A stretch of 64,000 nt of DNA from an uncultured Pseudomonadales bacterium (GTDB lineage Bacteria; Patescibacteriota; Microgenomatia; UBA1400; PJMF01). Position 1 is the stretch's first letter; the number at the start of each line of letters is the position of its first letter. The notes under the pieces are model-generated. The model ran no database searches. It was not told where the DNA came from and was given only the letters and a program-made list of their open reading frames with translations. The stretch lies in NCBI GenBank assembly GCA_964406075.1, contig CAYOQI010000004.1:57718-121717 (forward strand). Direction: 5' to 3'. The translations under genes and the position numbers were made by a program. Positions 9,304 through 17,435 of this stretch are shown here, piece after piece.

Positions 9304-11454
9304 ATGCCCAATACCACTCTGGTCACTCTCGAGCTTCGAACAGCGCGCGATGCCACCCATACGCCAGAGGCTGCTGCGCAACTTTTTGCTTCACTTCCCA
9401 ATCCACCTCATGGTTTTTTCAATCAATTCAAATCAGCCCCCTTATGTACATTTGAAATTTTGAATCAAGGTCAGGTGACGTACTTTTTTCTAACAGTTCC
9501 CGAAGATCTGGTGACATACTTTAAAAGCCAGCTTACTTCTAATTACCCTGAAATTTTAATCAAAAACCTCGAGCATAACCCGTTTGAAGAATTATATTCA
9601 GAACTCCCCAAAGCTTTAGGTGAGCTTCGATTAAGTGCGACAAACTACTTCTCGTTAAAAACGTATCAAGAATTCAAAGATATTGATCCTTTGTCTTCGA
9701 TCCTTTCTACCTTAACCCGAGCCATGGAAGGTGATACAGCATTGATTCAATTTCAACTCCGCAAAGATCGAGAAAGATGGAAAAATCATCCTTGGTCGCT
9801 AGTGCACGATGGTATTAAAAAAGCTGATGGTACTTTCTCACCCCACCCCCAAAAATCAGAAATTGAGGCCAAGATTACTCAAACCACGCTACAAACTGGA
9901 ATTCGTATTTTGATTCAAAGTCAAAATCAAACTCAGGCTGATCAGCTCATGATGAGTCTCACTCAGTCATTCCAAAGTGTTGATTCCCAACACAATCGAC
10001 TAACATTGAAGAAACCCGCTTTTTTTAATCGAAAAAAGTTTATAAAACAAACATTAGAGAGAACTTGGGAGCCTCCCAAACAATTTTTATCGCTGTCTGA
10101 ACTGGCAACGCTATACCATCTCCCCAACGTTCAACTCTCAACTGTCAAAAATATTGCCTGGGGAAAAACATTACTCGGTGAACCGCCTGAAAATTTACCA
10201 TTTTTTGAAGTGATACCAGAAGAACAACGGACCGAAGTCAATCTTTTTGGAACTACAGAATTTAAAAATCAAAAACGTATCTTCGGTATTCGTGAACCTG
10301 ATCTACGTCGTCACATGTATGTGATTGGGAAAAGTGGAACTGGAAAATCAACGTTGCTTGCCAACATGATCATCAATGATTTAAAACATGATAAAGGTGT
10401 TGCAGTCGTCGACCCTCATGGAGATTTGATTGAGACCGTCTTGAATTACATCCCTAAGCGACGTATGAACGATGTCATCTTAATCGATCCCACTGACCCA
10501 CATGCCGTAGTGAAGTTAAATCTGTTTGAAGGTGGAACGATGATTCACCGAGAACTCATTGCTTCAGGTATCGTAGCTATTTTTCAAAAACTCTATGCAA
10601 ATTCTTGGGGACCGAGACTCGAGTATATTTTACGAAATACCCTTTTAACTCTGCTGTCTCAAAATGCCAAATTGGAAGACATCCTGAGGATGCTGACTGA
10701 CAAGCGGTATCGTCAAAGAGTGATTGAAAACATGGATGATATGGTTTTGAAAAATTTCTGGGTGGAAGAATTTGAAAAACTACAGGATAAACAACGCACC
10801 GAAGCCATCTCTCCTATTTTGAATAAAGTTGGCCAGTTTGTGACATCTCCTTTGATTCGAAATGTGGTCAATACTAATCAAAGTTCATTTAGTATCGAAG
10901 ATGCCATGAACAACGGTCAGATCATGTTGATCAACCTATCCCAAGGAAAGTTAGGTGAAGATAATACTGCCTTGCTTGGAGCGATGTTGATTACCAAAAT
11001 TCAATTGGCTGCCATGAATCGTGTCTATATTCCTGAAGAAGAGCGTCGAGATTTTCACCTCTATATCGATGAGTTCCAAAACTTTGCTACCTCTAGTTTT
11101 ATCAAAATTTTATCTGAAGCCCGCAAGTATCGATTGAGTTTAATTTTAGCCAACCAATACATCGATCAAATTCCGGATGAAATTAAGGCTGCTATTTTTG
11201 GAAACGTCGGAAGTATGGCCAGTTTCATTCTAGGAGCTCAAGATGCGGAGTGGATGATGAAAGAATTTGGGAATAAATACACCCAAGAAGATTTGGTTTC
11301 TCTTGGACGTTATCAGATCATCGTCAAGCTCATGATTGATAATCACATGAGCCACCCATTTCCAGCAGAAACACTCGGCCTGGCATCATCATTTAATCAG
11401 AACAAGGAAAAGGTTATTCGTGTATCACGAGAACGCTACGCAAGAAAACGGTAG
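9304..11454 (+). CDS. P-loop ATPase of the TraD/TraG/VirD4 (T4SS coupling protein) / DUF87-HerA-FtsK type; no N-terminal TM segment.
   Basis: Walker A VIGKSGTGKSTLLANMI followed by VAVVDPHGDL. Walker B FHLYIDEFQNF. C-terminal ANQYIDQIPDEIKAAIFGNVGS. A ~330-aa N-terminal region with no recognisable motif. Confidence 0.65.
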   Translation: MPNTTLVTLELRTARDATHTPEAAAQLFASLPNPPHGFFNQFKSAPLCTFEILNQGQVTYFFLTVPEDLVTYFKSQLTSNYPEILIKNLEHNPFEELYSELPKALGELRLSATNYFSLKTYQEFKDIDPLSSILSTLTRAMEGDTALIQFQLRKDRERWKNHPWSLVHDGIKKADGTFSPHPQKSEIEAKITQTTLQTGIRILIQSQNQTQADQLMMSLTQSFQSVDSQHNRLTLKKPAFFNRKKFIKQTLERTWEPPKQFLSLSELATLYHLPNVQLSTVKNIAWGKTLLGEPPENLPFFEVIPEEQRTEVNLFGTTEFKNQKRIFGIREPDLRRHMYVIGKSGTGKSTLLANMIINDLKHDKGVAVVDPHGDLIETVLNYIPKRRMNDVILIDPTDPHAVVKLNLFEGGTMIHRELIASGIVAIFQKLYANSWGPRLEYILRNTLLTLLSQNAKLEDILRMLTDKRYRQRVIENMDDMVLKNFWVEEFEKLQDKQRTEAISPILNKVGQFVTSPLIRNVVNTNQSSFSIEDAMNNGQIMLINLSQGKLGEDNTALLGAMLITKIQLAAMNRVYIPEEERRDFHLYIDEFQNFATSSFIKILSEARKYRLSLILANQYIDQIPDEIKAAIFGNVGSMASFILGAQDAEWMMKEFGNKYTQEDLVSLGRYQIIVKLMIDNHMSHPFPAETLGLASSFNQNKEKVIRVSRERYARKR

Positions 11455-12564
11455 TTAATTCGGTAGGGGTTCAACTTCTTGGAAACGATATGATTCTCGC
11501 TTGAGTGTATTTACTTGCTGACCAATACCTTCAAAAATCTCCTGCAGATCATTGGCATTCGTGGTTTCATACACTTTTGCAGGATCCGCAATCATTTCTC
11601 CCAATATTTTACTTCCCAACTCAAGCTGGGCTGAATTTAAAAATGATGTATTTCTATAAAATACTCCGAATAATTCATATCCGGCTTCACGCTGGTTTGT
11701 AGCAATCGTAATCGCATTATCTGAACACTCAGTGCCTGCACCCTCAGGGGCATAATTATCTAGTGACGCATAATCAAGTACTTCTCTGCTACACCCAAAA
11801 ATTGTTCCATTCGAACGAACTCCTCGATTCGCGACACCATCTGTAAAAAAGACAATGATATTTTTACGTGGAATAGGTGGTGGATCAGCTTTATCTAATT
11901 CTTCTGATGCTGATAGCATCCCAGCTCCAATATTGGTCAACTGTGTACCTCGTAAAATCTCAACTTCACCCACCCTATTAATAATCGATATTTTATCTGT
12001 ACTTAATTCATGATCAATTCTACCCTCGTTGGCATAACTAATGATGCTGATTCGATCATCTGGACCAAGTTCAATCTCATTTACCATATTTTGAATTGCA
12101 GTTTTTAAGGTATCAATGGTTGAATGCATACTACCTGAACGGTCAATCACAATTGCAATATCTAAAGGTAAATCTGCTGTGGAAGTTTCTTCGGTCACTT
12201 GGTACTGAGCTGTAAAACGCCGCTTGGCATCCCGAAAATTTGATCCGATATCAATATCGTATGTTTCAGATCCAGCATCATAGGTTAAATTTCTGGTAAC
12301 TCTAGTGTCACCAATCATGATTTCATCGGAATATGGATTTTCAGCCGGCCAACCAGGATACGTTCGTAATATTTGAAATGTGTCATACAAACCACCCTCA
12401 ACAGCATAGTACGCTTTTCTGGAATACTGCCCACTCAACGATCGTTCCGATCCAACTCTTGCTAGAAGCAACATACTAAAAAAAGCCAGTTCTAATAACA
12501 ACGCAATCACTAAAACGAGTAGTAGTGTTGACAAGCCTGATTGGTGTGAGAGTTTTTTTTTCAT
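11455..12564 (-). CDS. Prepilin-like membrane-anchored protein with a von Willebrand factor A domain (pseudopilin/tip-adhesin-like; compare TadG/PilY1-type vWA).
   Basis: N-terminal hydrophobic helix LSTLLLVLVIALLLELAFFSMLLLA, which contains a conserved Glu. MIDAS motif IAIVIDRSGSMHS plus a downstream T/D motif. This is the last gene of a four-gene pilin operon. Confidence 0.7.
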   Translation of the reverse strand: MKKKLSHQSGLSTLLLVLVIALLLELAFFSMLLLARVGSERSLSGQYSRKAYYAVEGGLYDTFQILRTYPGWPAENPYSDEIMIGDTRVTRNLTYDAGSETYDIDIGSNFRDAKRRFTAQYQVTEETSTADLPLDIAIVIDRSGSMHSTIDTLKTAIQNMVNEIELGPDDRISIISYANEGRIDHELSTDKISIINRVGEVEILRGTQLTNIGAGMLSASEELDKADPPPIPRKNIIVFFTDGVANRGVRSNGTIFGCSREVLDYASLDNYAPEGAGTECSDNAITIATNQREAGYELFGVFYRNTSFLNSAQLELGSKILGEMIADPAKVYETTNANDLQEIFEGIGQQVNTLKRESYRFQEVEPLPN

Positions 12565-12576
12565 TTGATTTTAAAT

Positions 12577-13104
12577 CTATAAAACGATCTGGTTCCTCAT
12601 CGAGACCACGATCACTTTTTCAATTCTTTCCGGATTTCCTATCGCCATTTCCAATCCAATCCGAATTCTTAAGAGCGACAAAGTTCCTTCATCTTGAAGA
12701 TTCTCAATATCAAAATCTGTCACTCGAATGTTCGATGACAGTAATGTCTTCTCATTTTTCAAAAGTACTCCGTCTTCTACTCTATAGATCGTCGTAATGA
12801 GGACACCTGGTGTCTCTTCTTTTACTACTTCTAAGCTGTCTTCAACTCCCATGTCTGTCACAATTGCCGACTCCCCCCATTGAATTTCTTGGGTTAAATC
12901 ATTGGCTAAAGAAATCATCGAGCTTTGAATAACTTCTTGCCGATCTCCGGTTCTCTGAGAACGAAAGATGTCTGTCACAATCGCTAAAATGGAAGTTATC
13001 AGCACCACAATAATTAGGAGGAAAATAATCAACTCAAACAAGGTAAACCCCGCCTCAAGATCATGGTTCTTTTTATTGTTAACTGTTAACTGGTCGACTG
13101 ACAT
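12577..13104 (-). CDS. Type IV pilin-like / pseudopilin with a prepilin N-terminal cleavage-methylation motif.
   Basis: The sequence AGFTLFELIIFLLIIVVLI fits the G-F-T-L-x-E consensus with a hydrophobic helix. Confidence 0.7.
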   Translation of the reverse strand: MSVDQLTVNNKKNHDLEAGFTLFELIIFLLIIVVLITSILAIVTDIFRSQRTGDRQEVIQSSMISLANDLTQEIQWGESAIVTDMGVEDSLEVVKEETPGVLITTIYRVEDGVLLKNEKTLLSSNIRVTDFDIENLQDEGTLSLLRIRIGLEMAIGNPERIEKVIVVSMRNQIVL

Positions 13105-13634
13105 TATTCTTCCCCTTTCTTAATCACATACATTTCATACTCAACCTCTTGGGGAATACCATTAATATTCCAGCTCACTCGTGTAATAAGTCTTAAAGTA
13201 TCGGGATCATCGATAGCATCACTGACACTTTCATCCACAACTTGAAACGTAACCGGATCTCGAACAATGTTTTGAACAAATATTTCGCGAGTGAATTTAT
13301 CTTCCAACACCTCTGTTCCATTCAGTAACTGTAAAAATGGTGAATACTCAGGGTGATATGGCTCATCAGCATCAAAACTGGTACTAAACAACTCCCAATC
13401 GGTGGTAGAACTTGCCAAGTTGTACGCAATTTCCATCCCCTCTTGAGCATGTAAACCTGCTTCTACTCTTTCCCAAGAAGTACGTTGGGAAGAAAATACA
13501 TGTTGAAAAGAGATTATGAAAAAAACAATTAAAGAGATAAAAATCCCCATAGAAATGACAGCTTCCAGCAAGAGATATCCTTGCTCAGAGTGACGCTTAG
13601 AGTGGTTGTGGTACGGTTGTGTCAAGAACGCCAT
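13104..13634 (-). CDS. Type IV pilin-like / pseudopilin.
   Basis: The sequence QGYLLLEAVISMGIFISLIVFFI fits a G-Y-x-L-x-E prepilin-type motif. Its start overlaps the stop of the upstream pilin gene. Confidence 0.6.
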   Translation of the reverse strand: MAFLTQPYHNHSKRHSEQGYLLLEAVISMGIFISLIVFFIISFQHVFSSQRTSWERVEAGLHAQEGMEIAYNLASSTTDWELFSTSFDADEPYHPEYSPFLQLLNGTEVLEDKFTREIFVQNIVRDPVTFQVVDESVSDAIDDPDTLRLITRVSWNINGIPQEVEYEMYVIKKGEE

Positions 13635-14076
13635 AAGAATTTATACGAATCTGAGTGGTAAAACGGTTTGATTGTAGTTCAAGAGTTAAATCACTTCCCG
13701 GTGGATTTGTTTCTTGCGGGGACAATTCTAGTTGCCCCGTCAATTTCCGAAAAAAAACAAGGTCTGCGGTTGAATTTAATTGAATACCATATTGATAAGA
13801 AATTTGTTTATTTTCAGGCAAAAGCAAGTAGAATCCTGGAGAAACGAATGAGATACCATAACTCTCCCCGTTTTGAGCCACACGTGATTTTTGTTGTGCT
13901 TGCTTGAGCTCAGCCACGATTTTGTCGCGTTCCTTGGTCAATCGTTGGCGCTCTAAAGTTCCAAGTAAATATGGGGTGCTCGCACCAACCACCAACGCAA
14001 TAATTGTCATCACCACAATCAACTCCACTAAAGTGAAACCAGATGAATTCTGATGTTGGGCAGAACGAAAAAACAT
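13597..14076 (-). CDS. Type IV pilin-like protein (GspH/FimT-like minor pilin).
   Basis: The sequence SGFTLVELIVVMTIIALVV is a textbook prepilin peptidase-dependent N-terminus. It is the first gene of the operon. Confidence 0.75.
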   Translation of the reverse strand: MFFRSAQHQNSSGFTLVELIVVMTIIALVVGASTPYLLGTLERQRLTKERDKIVAELKQAQQKSRVAQNGESYGISFVSPGFYLLLPENKQISYQYGIQLNSTADLVFFRKLTGQLELSPQETNPPGSDLTLELQSNRFTTQIRINSYGVLDTTVPQPL

Positions 14077-14136
14077 GTACGTATTTAGTGTACATGAGGA
14101 CTGTGAGGAAGAAAAGAAAGTGTGCCCCCACCGGGA

Positions 14137-14158
14137 ACCTGCCTGCCGGCAGGCAGGT
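14137..14158. repeat. Perfect 22-nt palindrome ACCTGCCTGCCGGCAGGCAGGT (9-10 bp hairpin), copy A of a conserved 30-nt element that sits beside tRNA genes.
   Basis: The 30-mer GGGAACCTGCCTGCCGGCAGGCAGGTCGAA at 14133-14162 recurs at 62367-62396 with one substitution. Both copies lie just 3' of a minus-strand tRNA. Confidence 0.6.
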
Positions 14159-14189
14159 CGAAATTTGGATTTAGGGTTTAGGAAATTAG

Positions 14190-14261
14190 TGCCGATACCG
14201 GGAGTCGAACCTGGATTTAAGGTTTAGGAAACCTCCGTTCTATCCATTGAACTATATCGGC
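14190..14261 (-). tRNA. tRNA-Arg(CCT).
   Basis: The reverse complement folds as a cloverleaf: acceptor GCCGATA/TATCGGC, D-stem GTTC/GAAC, anticodon stem GAGGT/ACCTT, loop TTCCTAA (U33-CCT-A37), T-loop TTCGACT. There is one A-C mismatch in the T-stem. Confidence 0.7.
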
Positions 14262-14343
14262 TATGAGTATAAAAAATTGTCATCCATAGGCTGCCTGCCC
14301 GCCTTTGGAGGGATCGCCTTTGGCGGAAACTATGGGAGCAGTG

Positions 14344-14415
14344 TCGGGGTGGAGGGAATTGAACCCTCTGCCTCTCGGTCCCGAACCGAGCGCTCTACCG
14401 ATGAGCCACACCCCG
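14344..14415 (-). tRNA. tRNA-Pro(CGG).
   Basis: The reverse complement gives CGGGGTG...CACCCCG-A with a C1:G72 pair (typical of bacterial Pro). D-stem GCTC/GAGC, anticodon stem CTCGG/CCGAG, loop TTCGGGA (anticodon CGG), T-arm GAGGG-TTCAATT-CCCTC. Confidence 0.85.
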
Positions 14416-14482
14416 TATAAAAACTCTTACCAATTTCTCCACACAGGTGAAGATAATCCTTAGAATTTTACCACCCTGATCC

Positions 14483-14518
14483 AAAAACGGACGGATGAGT
14501 TCCGCCCGTTTCTTTTTT
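14483..14518 (-). terminator. Rho-independent terminator downstream of ndk; a flanking A-run and T-run could make it bidirectional.
   Basis: On the minus strand the hairpin AAACGGGCGG-AACTCAT-CCGTCCGTTT is followed by TTTTT. Confidence 0.5.
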
Positions 14519-14531
14519 ATTTAAAAAAAAG

Positions 14532-14999
14532 TTACTTCTTCATTTCGTAATCAGCGTAAATAACGCACTCCATAGCAGATGAGTAATCAAATAATTCATC
14601 TTTTCCGAAAACGATTTTAATTTCTCGCTCTGCATCTTCAGCAATGGCTGAAGCATGAATAAGATTGAATTGTTGACTCATTCCAAAATCACCTCGAATA
14701 GAACCAGCCTCTGCTTCACGTCCTAACGTCGTTCCAACCAATTTGCGAACAACTGGAACCGCATCAATACCTTGCCATGCCATTGCGACAATTGGCATCT
14801 GCCCCATGAATGATTTTAAATCGCCAAAGAAACTCTTATCTTTGTGCTCGGCATACCAATCAGACAACATCTCATCAGTCATGAGCACCATCTTAATTCC
14901 GACTAACTTGAGGCCTTTTCGTTCAAATCGAGAAATGATCTCTCCGATCAAACCTCGTTGCAAACCATCTGGTTTGACTAATACTGCTGTGCGTTGCAT
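14532..14999 (-). CDS. ndk: Nucleoside diphosphate kinase.
   Basis: ERTAVLVKPDG, GLIGEIISRFERKGLKLVG, NLIHAS with the active-site His, at a length of 155 aa. Confidence 0.9.
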   Translation of the reverse strand: MQRTAVLVKPDGLQRGLIGEIISRFERKGLKLVGIKMVLMTDEMLSDWYAEHKDKSFFGDLKSFMGQMPIVAMAWQGIDAVPVVRKLVGTTLGREAEAGSIRGDFGMSQQFNLIHASAIAEDAEREIKIVFGKDELFDYSSAMECVIYADYEMKK

Positions 15000-15197
15000 A
15001 AAATATCCCTTTCTTTAAAACTTTGTAGATCTGGAAGAATTGTATGATAAAAAGAAAAAAATGCTAGCTTAAAGTCGAATGCTCATTTTTGAGCTCTTAT
15101 AAAATCCTTACTATTAGTATAGTATCCAAAAAAAATCATCTGTACTCATTTGGCTATTACACTAAAACAAATCGTGTTCAACTTATCATAAATTAGT

Positions 15198-15824
15198 ATG
15201 CTGAAAAAAACTCAGATAATTAATCATTTTAAAACTTCTGATCCGATCATTTTCCAGTATTTGAGCACCTTTAATTTTGAAGAAAAAATAAATTCTAGAC
15301 CCGAAGAAACATACTACACTCATCTAGTGGAAAATATCATCGGCCAGCAACTTTCAACCAAAGTGGCTGATATCATCATTAAACGCTTTCAAAACTTGTT
15401 TGAACATGGATCTTTTACCCCACAACAAATAATTACCATAGAAACTGAGACTTTACGAGGCATTGGTATGTCCTACGCCAAGATAAAATATGTCAAAGAC
15501 TTATCCGAGCGTACCAAAGATAATTTGATTCAGTACTCAGATTTTAAAAATATGGTGGATGAAGACGTCATTCTTCAGCTTACCCAAGTCAAAGGAATCG
15601 GTCGGTGGACAGCAGAAATGTTTCTGATGTTTTCGTTGGGACGAGAAAATGTCTTTTCTTACGGCGATGGTGGACTTCGAAGAGCCATGACCAATTTGTA
15701 CGGTTTGGAAAAAAAAGCCGATTTTGAAGAAATTGGTGCTATCGTTGAAACTTGGAGCCCCTACAAAAGTTATGCGTCATTAGCGTTGTGGCATAGTTTA
15801 GATAATGTCTCACGACTAGATTAA
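15198..15824 (+). CDS. HhH-GPD superfamily DNA glycosylase (AlkA / 3-methyladenine DNA glycosylase II-like).
   Basis: The sequence LTQVKGIGRWTAEMFLMFSLGRENVFSYGDGGLRRA shows the helix-hairpin-helix Gly/Pro...Asp signature of AlkA-type enzymes. Confidence 0.7.
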   Translation: MLKKTQIINHFKTSDPIIFQYLSTFNFEEKINSRPEETYYTHLVENIIGQQLSTKVADIIIKRFQNLFEHGSFTPQQIITIETETLRGIGMSYAKIKYVKDLSERTKDNLIQYSDFKNMVDEDVILQLTQVKGIGRWTAEMFLMFSLGRENVFSYGDGGLRRAMTNLYGLEKKADFEEIGAIVETWSPYKSYASLALWHSLDNVSRLD

Positions 15825-15834
15825 AATCAACTCA

Positions 15835-17127
15835 TTACTTTAATAACTTTTTAAATCTCTCTTCATCTTCAAATGGGCCGATCATGGCAAACCGGACTTC
15901 TCCAGGCTGAACCAGACGTGAGACTATTCTCTCAATATCTTCTGCATTCACTGCTTGTATCTTTGCAATGATCTCATCAAGAGTTCGGATTTTCCCTTCA
16001 AGAAGTAATTTAATCCCGTACGATAAAGCCACATTTTGACTATCTTCCATTCCAAGGATTAAATTCCCCACTGTAAAGTCCTTAGCCCGCTGAATTTCAG
16101 CTTCTTTAATTCGATTTGAACTCTCTAGCAGTTGAGTAAATTGGGATAGTGTTACTTGCACAGCTTCATCTATTCGCTTGGGATCCACGCCTGCAGCAGC
16201 CCCAAAGAAACCTGCTTCAGCATATGAATCAGCTTCACTATGAACGTAGTAACACAGTCCTCGTTTTTCTCGAACTTCCGTAAAGAGACGAGAGCTCATG
16301 TTTCCGCCAAGTGCAGTACTCAAGACTGACAAAGCGTATCTGTCTGGATCCATACGTTTTATGCCTGGAAATCCAATCACAAAATGAGCTTGTTCCGTTT
16401 TCTTATACTCCACCTTTACTCGAGATTCTTGACCAATTGGATTCTTAGTCACATCGAGAGATGCCGGCTTACTTCTTTTCAGTACTTCACCTTTACTAAA
16501 CATCTGGCTCACTTGATCAAGTAAGTCTGCTTTTTCAACTACTTCAGCATCCCCTACCACCATGACTACGATATTGTGCAGACCGTACCATTTATGTAAG
16601 TGATCTTGGAAATTTTGAATGGTCATGGATTTAACAGTTTCTCGAGTTCCAATCACCTCTCTACCAAGTGGAGATCCCGCATAAAACATTTGCTCAAACA
16701 CATCCCCAATATGTCTCATCGGTGTGTCTTCATACATGCTGATTTCTTCCAGAATAACTCCCTTTTCTCTCTCAAGATCATCTACTCGAAGCTTTGGCGT
16801 CAGCAACATATCAGAAACCACATCGAGTGCGACTGAGATATCTTTGCTTGCGGATTTGACGTAGTAGCCGGTATATTCCTTACTGGTAAAAGCGTTGTAC
16901 TCAGCTCCAATCGCATCAACTGTCATCGAGACATCTTGAGCTGTTGGATACTTCTCTGTTCCTTTAAATACCATGTGCTCAAGAAAGTGCGAGATCCCAC
17001 CGAGTTCAGCAGATTCATATCGAGATCCAACTTTGACTAAAGCCAAGACTGTCACACTCTTCACACTCTGGATCGGCACTCGCACGACTTGTAAACCAGA
17101 ATCCAAAACTGTTTTGTTGTATTGCAT
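15835..17127 (-). CDS. M16 family (pitrilysin/insulinase-like) zinc peptidase.
   Basis: Inverted zinc-binding motif HFLEHMVFKGT (HxxEH) near the N-terminus. 430 aa. Confidence 0.85.
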   Translation of the reverse strand: MQYNKTVLDSGLQVVRVPIQSVKSVTVLALVKVGSRYESAELGGISHFLEHMVFKGTEKYPTAQDVSMTVDAIGAEYNAFTSKEYTGYYVKSASKDISVALDVVSDMLLTPKLRVDDLEREKGVILEEISMYEDTPMRHIGDVFEQMFYAGSPLGREVIGTRETVKSMTIQNFQDHLHKWYGLHNIVVMVVGDAEVVEKADLLDQVSQMFSKGEVLKRSKPASLDVTKNPIGQESRVKVEYKKTEQAHFVIGFPGIKRMDPDRYALSVLSTALGGNMSSRLFTEVREKRGLCYYVHSEADSYAEAGFFGAAAGVDPKRIDEAVQVTLSQFTQLLESSNRIKEAEIQRAKDFTVGNLILGMEDSQNVALSYGIKLLLEGKIRTLDEIIAKIQAVNAEDIERIVSRLVQPGEVRFAMIGPFEDEERFKKLLK

Positions 17128-17337
17128 ACTGTTCCTCTTTGTCTCACTCGAAGTGAGACAACCTAGTTAGGTAAAAACGGTTATTTATAACTTCACTCTC
17201 CACTTGTTCGCTGAGAAGCGTTTACATCCTAATTCGAATGCATCTCCTAAACAAGCTGGAAACCAATAACACCACCTACTAGCTGTATTAGTCTTATAAC
17301 TTAATTCGAAATACTATATCAAAACATATCATAATAC

Positions 17338-17414
17338 ATCTTAATATAAAGAATGTGATCAAACTACCTGTTTATATATCAAAAGATATCTTAATATAAA
17401 GAATGTGATCAAAC
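17338..17414. repeat. Two copies of a 27-nt direct repeat ATCTTAATATAAAGAATGTGATCAAAC (17338-17364 and 17388-17414) inside a longer ~50-bp imperfect tandem duplication, in a divergent promoter region.
   Basis: Read directly from the sequence. The repeat lies between the M16 peptidase start (17127, minus strand) and the O-antigen-ligase-like gene start (17436, plus strand). Confidence 0.6.
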
Positions 17415-17435
17415 CGCATCAGCTACAATAGCTGG

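Noticed and set aside
14133-14162. The palindromic element as a classic intrinsic terminator or as part of a tRNA with a long variable arm.
   Set aside because: There is no U-tract directly after the hairpin on the tRNA strand. The adjacent tRNAs fold completely without it.
14262-14343. A possible third tRNA between tRNA-Arg and tRNA-Pro.
   Set aside because: No cloverleaf could be built. The region only has a short CCGCC/GGCGG hairpin with a CCAAAGGCG direct repeat and a T-run, which is more consistent with a spacer or terminator than a tRNA.
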